Source: an uncultured Acidaminobacter sp. (GTDB lineage Bacteria > Bacillota > Clostridia > Peptostreptococcales > Acidaminobacteraceae). From it: DNA of 64,000 nucleotides. This document shows, piece after piece, positions 17,595-28,690 of the stretch; position 1 is the first letter of the stretch; each line of letters starts with the position of its first letter. The position numbers and the translations under genes are program-made. Location: the NCBI GenBank assembly GCA_964416305.1, contig CAYQDM010000005.1:43797-107796 (forward strand), read 5' to 3'. The notes beneath the pieces were generated by a model. It was given only the letters and a program-made list of their open reading frames with translations. It was not told the origin of the DNA and did no database searches.

Positions 17595-18884
17595 TCAGGT
17601 CAAAATCCTGAGTTTCTCTATCCTGTTTTTCTCAATACTCTCTACGACAAACTCAACATTGGCGTGCTCGATGCGCTCTCCTACTTCAGGCAGTCTGCCA
17701 AATTCACCTATAATAAAACCGCCTATGGAATCAAAATCCTCGGTCTCAATGCGAAGTCCAAGCATTTCATTGACCACATCAATCTTTGTTGAACCGTCCA
17801 CAATATACTCATCTTCCTGGATCACTTCTATGGAAACCTCGTGGTCGTCATATTCATCCTGGATATCGCCCACGATCTCTTCGACAAGGTCTTCCAGCGT
17901 GACCATACCCGCCGTCCCGCCATATTCATCCAGGACTATGGCAATGGCGGCGCGTTTCGACCTCATCTCAGCGAAAAGTTCGCTGGTCATCTTGAATTCG
18001 TATGTGAAATAAGGTTCCCTGATAAAATCCTCTATCTTGAACGCATTCTGGAGCGGCTCATAAAATATCAGATCTTTGACATTTAAAAGGCCAATGATAT
18101 TATCCGGCGTCTCGTCATAAACAGGGATTCTCGAAAACCTTTCGCTTTTGAAAATATCTACAATTTCCTTAAATTCCGTACTCTTCTCAACCATAACCAT
18201 GTCCGTACGCGGGGTCATGACATCTCCAACCTGAGAGTCACCAAACTCAAATACGTTGTAAATCATTTTCTTTTCATCGACCTCAAGCACACCTTCTTCA
18301 TGGCTGACCGTCACCATGGTCTTGAGCTCTTCCTCTGTAATGAACGGCCGGTCTTTGTCAGGGCTTCCGCCCATCATCTTGATCAAAAGTCCGGTCACAA
18401 ACATTATGGCTGTCAGAACCGGCGTCAGAAGCACCATGAGAATGGAAATAGGTGCAGCGACTTTAAGCGCGATTTGTTCGGAGCGCTCCGAAGCGATCGA
18501 CTTTGGCGTAATTTCACCGAAGATCAAAACGAGCAGCGTCATGACCCCCGTCGAGATCCCAATCCCTTTGACAGGGCCAAAAAGCGTTATGGCTATTGAA
18601 GTAGCCAATGCAGATGAGGCTATGTTGACTATGTTATTGCCGACCAGTATGGCACCCAGCATATGACTTGGAGATTTTAAAAGTCGGGAAACACGTTCCG
18701 CGCCTTTTACATTTTCTTCCAACATATGTCTGAGTCTGATTTTGCTGAGTGACATCAGCGCCGTCTCCGAGGCAGAGAAAAATGCCGACATCATTAAAAG
18801 TACAATCAGTAAAATACTCTGCCATAAGTCACTAGGTTCCAATTCAATCACACTCCAAAATTTTGTTAGTTGCTTAAATTGCAT
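17595..18884 (-). CDS. CNNM/DUF21-CBS-CorC family membrane protein (hemolysin-like, TlyC/CorB type)
   Basis: N-terminal DUF21 TM region (FFSASETALMS), a CBS pair, and a C-terminal CorC_HlyC domain (...VESIEKNRIEKLRI). Confidence 0.85.
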   Translation of the reverse strand: MQFKQLTKFWSVIELEPSDLWQSILLIVLLMMSAFFSASETALMSLSKIRLRHMLEENVKGAERVSRLLKSPSHMLGAILVGNNIVNIASSALATSIAITLFGPVKGIGISTGVMTLLVLIFGEITPKSIASERSEQIALKVAAPISILMVLLTPVLTAIMFVTGLLIKMMGGSPDKDRPFITEEELKTMVTVSHEEGVLEVDEKKMIYNVFEFGDSQVGDVMTPRTDMVMVEKSTEFKEIVDIFKSERFSRIPVYDETPDNIIGLLNVKDLIFYEPLQNAFKIEDFIREPYFTYEFKMTSELFAEMRSKRAAIAIVLDEYGGTAGMVTLEDLVEEIVGDIQDEYDDHEVSIEVIQEDEYIVDGSTKIDVVNEMLGLRIETEDFDSIGGFIIGEFGRLPEVGERIEHANVEFVVESIEKNRIEKLRILT

Positions 18885-18907
18885 TATAGCATAATTTAGG
18901 TTTTTTT

Positions 18908-18947
18908 CAAAAAAAGAGTCCTAAATCACAAGAGATTCAGGACCCTA
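18908..18947 (-). terminator. Rho-independent terminator after metK
   Basis: The minus strand has the AGGGTCCTGAATC / GATTTAGGACTCT hairpin followed by T7. Confidence 0.65.
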
Positions 18948-18981
18948 AGTCAGCATATTAAGCTTTCTACATAAGGACTTA

Positions 18982-20169
18982 TTATTTAAAGGCTTCTTCC
19001 TTTAAAATTGCCGCTTTGTCCGTACGCTCCCAAGGAATGTCGAGATCCGTCCGGCCAAAGTGACCATAGGCCGCTACCTGACGGAAGATTGGACGTCTCA
19101 GATCGAGATCTCGAATGATGGCTGCCGGACGCAAGTCAAAGTGCTTGTTAACCAGTTCAAGAATCTTTTCCTCAGCCACCTTGCCGGTTCCAAAGGTCTC
19201 AACAAGTACAGAGACCGGCCTTGCGACACCAATGGCATACGCGAGTTCAATTTCACACTTGTCTGCAAGTCCAGCTGCTACGATGTTTTTGGCAACATAG
19301 CGTGCAGCATAAGTCGCAGAGCGGTCAACTTTTGTAGGATCCTTGCCGGAGAATGCGCCGCCGCCGTGACGTGAATACCCGCCGTAGGTGTCTACAATGA
19401 TCTTTCTTCCCGTTAAACCGGAATCGCCCTGAGGTCCGCCCACGACAAAACGTCCAGTCGGATTGATGTAGTATTTGGTCTCTTCGTCAAGCAGCGCTTC
19501 AGGCACGACATGGCCAATAACATACTGCTTCAGGTCCGTCTCAATCTGTTCTCTGTCAACATCCGGACTGTGCTGGGTCGAAATGACAATGGTATCAATC
19601 CGAACCGGCGTATCCCCATGGTACTCAACCGTCACCTGAGTTTTTCCATCCGGACGGAGATAGTCGAGAACACCCTTTTTACGGACCTCAGTCAATCTCC
19701 GCGCCAGCTTGTGAGCCAACGAAATAGGGAGCGGCATCAACTCAGGGGTTTCGTTGCAGGCATAACCAAACATTAATCCCTGGTCTCCCGCACCAATCGC
19801 TTCGATCTCGTCAGTCATTTGGCCGCTGCGATGCTCCAGCGCATCATCCACGCCCATGGCAATGTCCGCGGACTGCTCGTCAATAGAAGTGATCACCGCG
19901 CAAGTGTCCGCGTCAAAACCGTACTTCGCGCGTGTGTAACCAATGTCCTTGATAATGTCCCGTACCGTCTTCGGAATGTCGACATAGCAGCTCGTCGTAA
20001 TTTCGCCCATAACAAGCACGAGACCTGTCGTTACAGCAGTTTCACATGCGACGCGCGCTTTTGGGTCGTTGGCGAGAATGGCGTCAAGAATGCCGTCAGA
20101 AATCTGGTCGCAGATCTTATCCGGATGTCCTTCTGTAACACTCTCAGAAGTAAAGAGTCTTTTTTTCAC
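18982..20169 (-). CDS. metK: S-adenosylmethionine synthetase
   Basis: [33 protein letters not shown]. The preferred start is GTG at 20169, 9 nt after AGGAGG. The ORF-track start at 20196 contains the RBS inside the ORF. Confidence 0.95.
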   Translation of the reverse strand: MKKRLFTSESVTEGHPDKICDQISDGILDAILANDPKARVACETAVTTGLVLVMGEITTSCYVDIPKTVRDIIKDIGYTRAKYGFDADTCAVITSIDEQSADIAMGVDDALEHRSGQMTDEIEAIGAGDQGLMFGYACNETPELMPLPISLAHKLARRLTEVRKKGVLDYLRPDGKTQVTVEYHGDTPVRIDTIVISTQHSPDVDREQIETDLKQYVIGHVVPEALLDEETKYYINPTGRFVVGGPQGDSGLTGRKIIVDTYGGYSRHGGGAFSGKDPTKVDRSATYAARYVAKNIVAAGLADKCEIELAYAIGVARPVSVLVETFGTGKVAEEKILELVNKHFDLRPAAIIRDLDLRRPIFRQVAAYGHFGRTDLDIPWERTDKAAILKEEAFK

Positions 20170-20284
20170 TTTTTCATGCCTCCTGAATTTCATCAATTTG
20201 TGTAATGTCTCATGCAGGACCCCAAAAGGCCTCTGCCGATGGTCTCAGTTCCGCAGTACAAGTCAGAACCGCCGCCGCGCAAAT

Positions 20285-20313
20285 AAAAAAAGCCCCTTCA
20301 GAAAAGAAGAGGC
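20285..20313 (-). terminator. Expression-platform terminator of the SAM riboswitch
   Basis: The minus strand has the GCCTCTTC / GAAGGGGC stem followed by T7. Confidence 0.7.
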
Positions 20314-20335
20314 ACTTCAGACTACTTAAGCACAC

Positions 20336-20486
20336 CTCATCTCTCAGCCGTCCAAGTCGCGACTGTAGGATTTAGCACCTTTTTACTCAACAAGCTGAAG
20401 GTCTGCATATACAATGCATACTTTCACCGTTCGTACCGGTTGCCGGGTTTCATTGGGCCTATTCCCTCCACCACTCTCAATAAGGA
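20336..20486 (-). promoter_or_regulatory. SAM-I (S-box) riboswitch
   Basis: The minus strand reads CTTATTGAGAGTGGTGGAGGGAATAGGCCCAATGAAACCCGGCAACC ... AAGGTGCTAAATCCTACAG ... GAGAGATGAGG. This matches the conserved S-box core and lies upstream of metK. Confidence 0.85.
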
Positions 20487-20640
20487 TTCAATTATTTGTT
20501 TTTGACCATTGAAATTATAGCACAGGCATTATAGGATAGCAACCTATTTTTTTAACCCCTATCTTTGTAACCATTTCGTAAGGTCACTGTAATAGGCCAC
20601 TCCGGGAAATTTAGTATAATTGGATTGGGAAGGTGATTCT

Positions 20641-23475
20641 ATGCAACCACAATTTATCCGCATTGGGCGAAAATTTGCTACAGCCGCCCTTGCTCTGTCA
20701 CTTATCACCTCGTCAGCCTTTGCTGACTATCAGCTTTATTATCAGAACAAAACAACCGAAACCATTACGAACGGTGTGCAGTACGAGAAGCTTCTGCGTC
20801 TGACGGATGGAGGCTGGGTCAACGTCAATGTCCTGAAGGTCGATCTGCAAAACCCAACTCTCAAAGTTAAACCTATTTATCCGACACTTTTGTCCGCAAA
20901 AGCCAGTTTATCGAACATCTCAAAATCCTATGACAATCTCATTGGCTCTGTCAACGCTGACTTTTTTGATCCTGCCACGAGCTCGACCCTTGGTCCTATC
21001 GTGGACGAAGGCACCTTGATTACAACGCCGAATGGCGATACACGTTTTGCCGCGCTCAATATAACGGATTATGGTGTACCGTTCATTGACCACTGGGCTG
21101 ACTATGAGATGAGCCTTTCAAATGGCAGCTACACCATGTCACTGAATTACATCAACAAGCCATACCTCAACTACGACCGCGCCATACTCTTCGATTCAAA
21201 CTGGGCGGCAAAGTCCTTCGGCAAGACAGCGAATGTCGCCATTCTGGAAATGTACGTCGAAAACGGTATTGTCAGAGGCTTCCAAGAGAATGGTAACCCT
21301 TATCCGCTCACGGAAAATGCTTTTGTCGTCGCTGCTGTAGGCTCCAAAATCAAAGAGATGCGCGACAATTTCCACGTCGGTGACACAGTTGAGCTCGACT
21401 ACAGCGATTCATTGAAAAGTATCGATTTTACCATAGGCGGTGGTTCCGTCATGGTGAAGGACGGAAAACCCGTCAGCACCTATACATTGAATATCGCCGG
21501 TCAACATCCAAGAACTGCTGCCGGCATCACAAAGGATAAACAACAGTTGATCCTGCTCACAGTTGACGGCCGAACCAATAATTTCAGAGGACTGACCCAA
21601 CCCGAACTCTCACAGCTCCTGATTGAGCTTGGCGCCTATGACGCTATCAACTTTGACGGCGGCGGTTCAACAACTATGGTCGTTCGTCCAATTGGCTCCA
21701 CCGACCTCGATGTGGTCAATACCCCTTCTGACGGCGCGGAGCGAAGAGTACACAACGGCATTGGTGTGATCAGCACTGCTGAAGGCGGCACGTTGGATCT
21801 GATTATTTTGGAAGCCGCTCAGTCCGGTATTTTTGTCAATGCCCCGCTCGAGCTGACTTTGAAAGGCATTGACGCCAACCGAAGCCCTGTCGAGATCGAT
21901 CCGGCGCAGATCAGTTGGTCGGCTGCAGGCGTCAGCGGCAGCTTTACCGAAAACGGCTTTGTACCTTCTACTTCAGGTAAAGGCGTCATCACAGCAAGTT
22001 ACGGCGGGCTGACTGCTTCAAAGACCATTGAGGTCTATAAAGACGCGGTGGATCTAATCATAAAGCCCTCTTCTCTCCAATTGAAACTTGGGGAAACCGG
22101 AAGCTTCAAATTGTTCGCCCTTGATGCGACCGGGCATCAAGCCGAACTTCCAACGAATTTCGCGACTTGGACCATTCCGGATCAATTGATCGCATTGAAT
22201 TCTGACGGCAGTTTCACAGCGGGAGTCAATCCCGGCAAGGGCGTGATTTCCGCCGAATACAATGGTATCAAAAAGCATTTGCCAATTGCGGTCGGAGAGT
22301 CACATACGGTCTTATTTGACTTTGAGCAGCCATCGGCAACTTTCCTGGGGTATCCTCAAGAGGTGACAGGAAGTTTTGTACCGCTTAAATTCAGTCCTAA
22401 CGGCTCTATGGGCGGGCGGCTGATCTTCGACTTCACGAAGACGGAAGCGACAAGAGCAGCTTATATCATGCTGGGCGAAACCGGCGTCACCCTTCCTGAA
22501 GTCCCTGACAAGCTCGGTTTGTGGGTCTTTGGCAACTATGGCTACGAGCATATGCTTAAGGCGAAATTGGTGGACGCAGACGGCAAGGCAGTCAATATTG
22601 AATTCGCACCAAGCATCAACTGGGAAGGCTGGAAGTTCGTTGAAGCAGCTTATCCCAACGACTTAAAAGCACCTGTCAAAGTGGAGCGCATCTATGTGGC
22701 TGAGGATAATCCGGCCAGAAAAGACCGCGGTGTTATCGTTATTGACCAACTGGTATCAATTAAGAAGAACGCCCTGCAGGTCAATCTCCCGGATGATGTG
22801 ACCAAGCTGCCGAAACTCGAGTCACAAAAGATCAATACAAGCGGCGGCACAACACTTCTTGTCTATGGTGGGTTTGAAGCCGGCACACGTCTGAACGGCA
22901 TTGCCGGTTCTACGACAAATACGACCTATCTCAATTACGTCAACGCAGCGACACAGCTTAACAGGTCCTCGAAAACATATTTTGCAGGCCCAATCGATGC
23001 TATGCTCGGCAACCTCATGGGTACCGAAGTTGTGGCTTCCGGCTACAGCGAATTCATCTCAGATCAGGTTGCCGTAGTCACCTTAAATGTTAAAAACAAG
23101 TCGATCATCAAATCAAACGCCAAGCAGTGGCAGTCCTTCCTGACACGCACAAACGCCATGATCGCAGGAAGCGGCGAAAAATCCCTCATGATCGTCACCA
23201 ACTCTACCCTTGAGTTCTCAGATAAACTCGAAGAAACTCTCTTCTACGAAAAACTCGAGCAGCTGTACAACAAGGGGATTCGAACGACGATCTTCAGCGG
23301 CGGGGCTTCCAAAGATCCAGACCTTCGTCTGACGCGTTATGCCAGCGTTGTCGACGTCCAGTCGCTGACGCCTTCCAGCACCTTTGATCTGAAAACGGGT
23401 GCCAAAGCAGTCGCCGTCAACCTGAAGGATGGCGCGATCACTTATCAGCTCAGGACCGTTTCATTAAAGAAATAA
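20641..23475 (+). CDS. Secreted phosphodiester glycosidase (NAGPA/DUF2233)-domain protein with Ig-like repeats
   Basis: Signal peptide MQPQFIRIGRKFATAALALSLITSSAFA. The NAGPA-like core ends in INFDGGGSTTM. Repeated Big_2-like segments follow (ITASYGGLTASKTIEV / ISAEYNGIKKHLPIAV). Confidence 0.7.
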   Translation: MQPQFIRIGRKFATAALALSLITSSAFADYQLYYQNKTTETITNGVQYEKLLRLTDGGWVNVNVLKVDLQNPTLKVKPIYPTLLSAKASLSNISKSYDNLIGSVNADFFDPATSSTLGPIVDEGTLITTPNGDTRFAALNITDYGVPFIDHWADYEMSLSNGSYTMSLNYINKPYLNYDRAILFDSNWAAKSFGKTANVAILEMYVENGIVRGFQENGNPYPLTENAFVVAAVGSKIKEMRDNFHVGDTVELDYSDSLKSIDFTIGGGSVMVKDGKPVSTYTLNIAGQHPRTAAGITKDKQQLILLTVDGRTNNFRGLTQPELSQLLIELGAYDAINFDGGGSTTMVVRPIGSTDLDVVNTPSDGAERRVHNGIGVISTAEGGTLDLIILEAAQSGIFVNAPLELTLKGIDANRSPVEIDPAQISWSAAGVSGSFTENGFVPSTSGKGVITASYGGLTASKTIEVYKDAVDLIIKPSSLQLKLGETGSFKLFALDATGHQAELPTNFATWTIPDQLIALNSDGSFTAGVNPGKGVISAEYNGIKKHLPIAVGESHTVLFDFEQPSATFLGYPQEVTGSFVPLKFSPNGSMGGRLIFDFTKTEATRAAYIMLGETGVTLPEVPDKLGLWVFGNYGYEHMLKAKLVDADGKAVNIEFAPSINWEGWKFVEAAYPNDLKAPVKVERIYVAEDNPARKDRGVIVIDQLVSIKKNALQVNLPDDVTKLPKLESQKINTSGGTTLLVYGGFEAGTRLNGIAGSTTNTTYLNYVNAATQLNRSSKTYFAGPIDAMLGNLMGTEVVASGYSEFISDQVAVVTLNVKNKSIIKSNAKQWQSFLTRTNAMIAGSGEKSLMIVTNSTLEFSDKLEETLFYEKLEQLYNKGIRTTIFSGGASKDPDLRLTRYASVVDVQSLTPSSTFDLKTGAKAVAVNLKDGAITYQLRTVSLKK

Positions 23476-23488
23476 GCATTCAAAAAAC

Positions 23489-23538
23489 ACAGCCGTGAAA
23501 TTGGCGATTCTCCAATTTCACGGCTGTATACTTTTTTT
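23489..23538. terminator. Bidirectional rho-independent terminator
   Basis: 16-bp perfect inverted repeat ACAGCCGTGAAATTGG / CCAATTTCACGGCTGT, flanked by an A-run and a T-run. Confidence 0.8.
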
Positions 23539-23551
23539 GTTAACACTTTGC

Positions 23552-24472
23552 TTAAGCTGCGAGCAGCGCAACGAACAATGGAATGGTCGCGATTGACAGA
23601 AGTGTCGAAATAAAGATCGCACGACTCGCAAGTTGATAATCACTGCCGTACTGAGCCGCTATAACGGCTGAATTAGCCGCAGCGGGCATGGCAGATATAA
23701 CGACAGGGACCCCGAGCAGAAGGCCATCAAAGCCCAAGGTCGTAAGTACCAGATAGACGCAGACGGGCATGATCAGCAGACGCAGAACGGAAAAAGCGTA
23801 GACCTTCCAGTCCATGGTCAACTGTTTAAAATCGCTGTCCGCCAAAATAAATCCAATGAACATCATAGACAGCGGTGTTGTCATGGAGCCCACCAAAGCC
23901 AGCGCATCAAAAATTGGAGCCGGCAGATCCACCGACAGCAGAAACAGGATAAAGCCGGTCACAATGGCAACCAGACTGGCATTGATATGAAACCTCTTCG
24001 AGTGAGAACCCGCTGAATCTGTATGGCGTTTCAACACATGTACGCCATGCGTCCACACCAGAAATGAGAACGGCAGGTTGTAGATCGCCGCATAAAAGAC
24101 ACCCTGAGAACCATAGATCAGATCTATGACCGGGTATCCCATGTACCCAAAATTCGAGAACAAAATTATATACTCATAGACATCCATGGCTTTACCGTCC
24201 ACTTTCAGAAGCCAGGTCGCCGGTTTGACCATGAGAATGCCAAACACATAAACCGAGAGAGAGATGACGATAAAAATCGCGCTGCTCTTCAGAACAGAGG
24301 GAGAAAACTCCATATTCATGGAAGTGATCAAGAACGCCGGCAGCGTGACATTGAGGACCAGACTGCCCACTTCCCGAATCACGTCATCTGTGACGACTCT
24401 GAGCCGTTTGACGACTGCACCAATTACTATGAGCAAAAATATGACAAAGACTTGCTGCAGTACCATTGGCAA
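23552..24472 (-). CDS. AEC-family (auxin efflux carrier) permease
   Basis: 306-aa polytopic membrane protein. Its N- and C-terminal halves are typical of the AEC/membrane transport protein family. Confidence 0.7.
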   Translation of the reverse strand: MPMVLQQVFVIFLLIVIGAVVKRLRVVTDDVIREVGSLVLNVTLPAFLITSMNMEFSPSVLKSSAIFIVISLSVYVFGILMVKPATWLLKVDGKAMDVYEYIILFSNFGYMGYPVIDLIYGSQGVFYAAIYNLPFSFLVWTHGVHVLKRHTDSAGSHSKRFHINASLVAIVTGFILFLLSVDLPAPIFDALALVGSMTTPLSMMFIGFILADSDFKQLTMDWKVYAFSVLRLLIMPVCVYLVLTTLGFDGLLLGVPVVISAMPAAANSAVIAAQYGSDYQLASRAIFISTLLSIATIPLFVALLAA

Positions 24473-24517
24473 CGCTCCTTAGTTGCAAACCTATAAAAGA
24501 CCGGATCCTCAACCGGA

Positions 24518-25684
24518 TTATAAGTATTCAAAAAAATCTGAAATGCCGCTATTGATAAAATCGTATAACAACGGCTGATCCGCAGAAAATTCGCCCACTT
24601 TGGACAGATAGTGGCTAAGGTGACCATCGGCAAAACGCTTTTCAATTGTATTCAGCGTTTCCTGGTCAAATGCCGCAACCAGCAATTGGTGGGACTCGGT
24701 TACAAAATAATTGGCAAAGACATCCCCATTCAAATAATAGATCCATTCTGACACGTGGGCATTATCATGATTGAATTCGGTGAAGAGATCCCCCGCCAGG
24801 TAACTGTTGGGCATGAGTTCGGGCATGGACGACTCAAACTCGGGCAAAAATGCCGGATCGAGTATGCTGTAGAGGGTGATGTATTCTGTCTTGCGCAGCA
24901 TAAAGGACGCCTCCACCGGGGATACAGCCAACTGGTGCTTGAGCTCACAACTGCCAATCCACCGGTGTGGATGGTCCGGCAGATCGTTGTGAAAGACAAG
25001 ATCGAAGATGCGGACAAAATAGCCATTTTCGTTTTCGATCAGCGCTTCACAGCGGAATTGTCCAGGGGCAGCCCCCTCTTTGACAATATTCTTAAGCAAG
25101 GTCGACTTTGGACCATCCAGACGCTCATCGAAGACGAGATCCCCAAGGTACAATATACCTTCTGCATCCTGACCGTGAAGCCTCATGAGGTAGTAGTGAA
25201 GATGCTCGCACTCCGAAGCCGGCGACGGGCCTAGACGTTCAAACAGCTGTATGGCTGCTTCTCTCCCCAGCCCGTTCTTCTCATAATCTTGCAGGATAAA
25301 GCTGTACTGAGGCAGAAAATCATAGATGGCGCTCGGAGACTCCGGATCCACCGCATGAGCCGTAGCAACAAGATATGCGAACTCTTCGTAGGTAACTGGT
25401 TTAAAGGCGCCACCCAGACCCCCCGTCATTTCCAGGACCCGCTGCTCAATGCGCTCTTTCTCCAGGGCATCAAACTCGTCATAGGCGTCAATGCCGTAAT
25501 CTTCATAATCCAGATGCAAAAGCTGATACAAAGTTTGTGAACCATCAATCCGCCACCGGGCAACGACGCCTACAACACCCATCAGCCTCGTCGCCGTGGC
25601 TTGTGCGTCTATAAGCTCTGCGCGTTGTGAAAAAGGGCGGGAAAACCGCCCTTCGATTACTTTTCCCATATTCTTTCCTTTCAT
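24518..25684 (-). CDS. Hypothetical protein (no domain recognised)
   Basis: 388-aa soluble acidic ORF in an operon-like position after the phosphohexomutase. An alternative start is the ATG at 25669 after AAGGA. Confidence 0.5.
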   Translation of the reverse strand: MKGKNMGKVIEGRFSRPFSQRAELIDAQATATRLMGVVGVVARWRIDGSQTLYQLLHLDYEDYGIDAYDEFDALEKERIEQRVLEMTGGLGGAFKPVTYEEFAYLVATAHAVDPESPSAIYDFLPQYSFILQDYEKNGLGREAAIQLFERLGPSPASECEHLHYYLMRLHGQDAEGILYLGDLVFDERLDGPKSTLLKNIVKEGAAPGQFRCEALIENENGYFVRIFDLVFHNDLPDHPHRWIGSCELKHQLAVSPVEASFMLRKTEYITLYSILDPAFLPEFESSMPELMPNSYLAGDLFTEFNHDNAHVSEWIYYLNGDVFANYFVTESHQLLVAAFDQETLNTIEKRFADGHLSHYLSKVGEFSADQPLLYDFINSGISDFFEYL

Positions 25685-25688
25685 GCGG

Positions 25689-27377
25689 TTAGACGGCAGG
25701 CACTAAGCGGCTCTGCACCTCTTTGGCAACCGCGTCTGCCATGGTCTTCGCTTCCTCACCGGAAGCTGCCACAGACGAGACATAGATTTTAAGTTTTGGC
25801 TCTGTGCCCGATGGTCGAATGGCGAACCAAGTGCCGCCTTCGAGCTCATACTTGACAACATCTGACTTCGGAAGGCCGGTAGTGTCATTTTCAAAGTCAG
25901 TAATTTTTATAGTTTTGAGGCCGGCAACGACATCCATGCGGTCATTTCTGGCATTTGCCATGATCTGACCGATTTGCGCCATGCCGTCCTTGCCCTCGCG
26001 CTTGAGGTTTACAAGTGTCTCAAAGTGGTAACCATACTCTCTGTAGAGAGCGTCGAGGCGATCCAGCAAGGATTGCTTGCGTTTATAATAGTACATCAGC
26101 ATTTCTATGATCCAGACCGTAGAAATGACCGCGTCCTTGTCTCTGACATCTGTTCCGATCAGATAGCCATAGCTTTCTTCATACCCAAAGAGGAACGTTT
26201 TGGAGCCGTCTTCATACTCTCGGATTTTTTCTCCAATAAACTTGAAACCTGTCAGGGTGCTGACCACTTCAATGCCGTGTTTCTTCGCTATAGCTGCGCC
26301 AAAGTCCGAGGTGACGATTGTATCCAGGACAACCGGATTCTTTGGAAACTCGCGCAATTGAGAGATCATGTAATCCAGGAGCAAACCGCCCGTCTGATTG
26401 CCTGTCAGTTTAATGTAACGACCCAGGTCATCCCTGACAACGACGCCCACTCGGTCGCAGTCCGGGTCCGTGGCAATAGCCGCTGAAGCGCCATGCAGTT
26501 CGGCGTAAGCTACCGCGCGCTCGTAAGCTTCCATCTCTTCCGGATTTGGCAGCTTAATGGTGGTGAAATCGCTGTCTTCCTCCATCTGCTCCAGGACAGG
26601 AATCAAACCTTTAAAATTGAGTGCCTCCAGCGCTTTTACGACCGGCCGGCCTCCGGTACCATGAAGCGGTGTGAACACCACTTTAAAGCCTTCAGGAGGA
26701 TTACTGAACATTGAAGGTGTGCAGGTTTTTGATACGACGCCTTCAATGTATGCCTGATCCACGGAGTCCGGCACGATTTCAAGAAGTCCTTTTGCCTTGG
26801 CAGCAGCTTCTTCCATATATGAGACATCTTCAAAAGATTGGACTGCCACAACTTCCTCAATGACTTTGTCCGCCTCTTCAGGCACGAGCTGACAGCCATC
26901 TTCCCCATAGACTTTATAGCCATTGTACTCCGGTGGATTGTGGCTGGCGGTGATGACTATGCCCGCGGATGCGTTGAGAAACCGAACAGCGAAGGAAAGC
27001 TCCGGCGTTGTTCGTACACTTTCATAAACATAGGCTTTGATACCGTTTGCGGCCATGACTAGCGCAGCTTCAAGAGCAAACACTTTGGAAAATCTGCGGG
27101 TATCATAGGCAATTACAATGGCAGGTTCTGTTCTGGCACCCCGATTGAGAATATACTTGGCAAATCCCTGGGAGGCTTTGCGAATCATGTAGCGATTCAT
27201 TCGGTTGGTGCCCGCGCCTATGATGCCTCTCATGCCGCCTGTACCAAATTCAAGGTCTTTATAAAAGCGCTCTTCAATTTCCTTGGCATTGTCCTTAATG
27301 GCCACAAGTTCCTGTCGAGTGACCTCATCCACATAAGGGCTGTCTAACCAAAGCTGATACATTTTTTGAACGTCCAT
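25689..27377 (-). CDS. Phosphoglucomutase/phosphomannomutase (alpha-D-phosphohexomutase)
   Basis: Active-site loop TASHNPPEYNGYK, the metal loop DPDCDR, and the sugar loop GYEESYG. Confidence 0.9.
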   Translation of the reverse strand: MDVQKMYQLWLDSPYVDEVTRQELVAIKDNAKEIEERFYKDLEFGTGGMRGIIGAGTNRMNRYMIRKASQGFAKYILNRGARTEPAIVIAYDTRRFSKVFALEAALVMAANGIKAYVYESVRTTPELSFAVRFLNASAGIVITASHNPPEYNGYKVYGEDGCQLVPEEADKVIEEVVAVQSFEDVSYMEEAAAKAKGLLEIVPDSVDQAYIEGVVSKTCTPSMFSNPPEGFKVVFTPLHGTGGRPVVKALEALNFKGLIPVLEQMEEDSDFTTIKLPNPEEMEAYERAVAYAELHGASAAIATDPDCDRVGVVVRDDLGRYIKLTGNQTGGLLLDYMISQLREFPKNPVVLDTIVTSDFGAAIAKKHGIEVVSTLTGFKFIGEKIREYEDGSKTFLFGYEESYGYLIGTDVRDKDAVISTVWIIEMLMYYYKRKQSLLDRLDALYREYGYHFETLVNLKREGKDGMAQIGQIMANARNDRMDVVAGLKTIKITDFENDTTGLPKSDVVKYELEGGTWFAIRPSGTEPKLKIYVSSVAASGEEAKTMADAVAKEVQSRLVPAV

Positions 27378-27396
27378 GATGATCCCCTCCTAAATG

Positions 27397-28611
27397 TCAT
27401 GTTGTTTTCAGCAGTTCCTCAAGAACCGTCGCAAGCAGTTGGTCCCTGATAGTATTAAGATATAACCCGTTGCTCTTCAAAACATCAGGCAGCCAACCCG
27501 GAATTTTTTTCCGGTCTTCTACCTGAATCAGAGGCTCGCTGGAAAGTACCTCTTCCGATAACGCAACATCACTGATGATCCGGAATCGGTCGATTCCGAC
27601 CTTCTCGGCGCCGTACTCCATAAGTGCCAGGGCAATCTCAGCATAGGAGGCTGATGGACTGAGTTTCAGGAGTTCGCACAACTTAGGAATGAGATCCTCA
27701 AACAGCAGCCGCTGCGGACTTTTATCCTTGATTCCGAGCAGCTCGGCAAGTTTGGCTATGACCGCTTCATCCATCTGAGAAAATCGCTCTATGTAATAAA
27801 AATTATCGCGCAGTTGATCCACGTAATATTGACTGCCTTTAAATTTTCTGTAATGCTTCAGCGTGTCATAATACCCCATCCTCATATTGCGATGAAGGGT
27901 TTCAGGAATCACTTCCAGCGTTCTTCCCAAATCTCCGGAAGGATAGAGGCGCGTGATCTCAAGACCGGTGCTGTCGAACTTTTGCTTCAGTCCCAGACCC
28001 TGAGACTCCACGCAGATAATCTCTTTAAAACCCTTTTGCTGCAGCAGCCGGACAGGCAAGTTGTCATAAAAGCCGCCATCTATATAGAGTTTCCCATCAA
28101 TACGATCCAGCTTGAAAACGGGCAGATTCGCAGATGCCATAAGATATTCTGTGAGCATACCGTCCGGCACTTCTGACAGATAGACATCCAGAGGTTTGAA
28201 GTCAGTCAGAGAGACAGTCACGAAGCCAAAAACCTTTTGGGATCTTCGTATGGCCTCTTCCCTCACCGTGCTTTTTAGAAGCCGTCTAAGGGGCGTGATA
28301 TCCAACCCGCCTTCAGCAATAAACCGTTTGAAAGATGCCCTGATTTTATTCAAATCCTCTGTTTCAAGGTCCATGCGAATAATCTTGTTCATAAGCTTTT
28401 CGTCGCCATTGAAAACCAGTGACGGCTTCATGTTGTACCAAATTTCCCAAGCCAGCTCAAAGTCATCCTGCAGAATGTAAGCGCCATTGATCGCACCTAT
28501 AGAAGTGCCGGCGACCCCGTCAATTTCGACGCCAAGCTCCCTGAGCGCTTTCCATGTGCCTATATGATAGGAGCCCTTGGCGCCGCCGCCTTCAAGTACC
28601 AAACCTGCCAA
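27397..28611 (-). CDS. Patatin-like phospholipase
   Basis: Oxyanion GGGAKG, the nucleophile GTSIGA, and a later DGG motif. The start is TTG, 6 nt after GGAGGG. Confidence 0.85.
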   Translation of the reverse strand: MAGLVLEGGGAKGSYHIGTWKALRELGVEIDGVAGTSIGAINGAYILQDDFELAWEIWYNMKPSLVFNGDEKLMNKIIRMDLETEDLNKIRASFKRFIAEGGLDITPLRRLLKSTVREEAIRRSQKVFGFVTVSLTDFKPLDVYLSEVPDGMLTEYLMASANLPVFKLDRIDGKLYIDGGFYDNLPVRLLQQKGFKEIICVESQGLGLKQKFDSTGLEITRLYPSGDLGRTLEVIPETLHRNMRMGYYDTLKHYRKFKGSQYYVDQLRDNFYYIERFSQMDEAVIAKLAELLGIKDKSPQRLLFEDLIPKLCELLKLSPSASYAEIALALMEYGAEKVGIDRFRIISDVALSEEVLSSEPLIQVEDRKKIPGWLPDVLKSNGLYLNTIRDQLLATVLEELLKTT

Positions 28612-28690
28612 ACTTATCCCTCCAATGTTGGGATTTTAAAACAGCTGACGTGGTTGCTCAGCCGCGCACAAATAGGAACTCAAACCTTTG

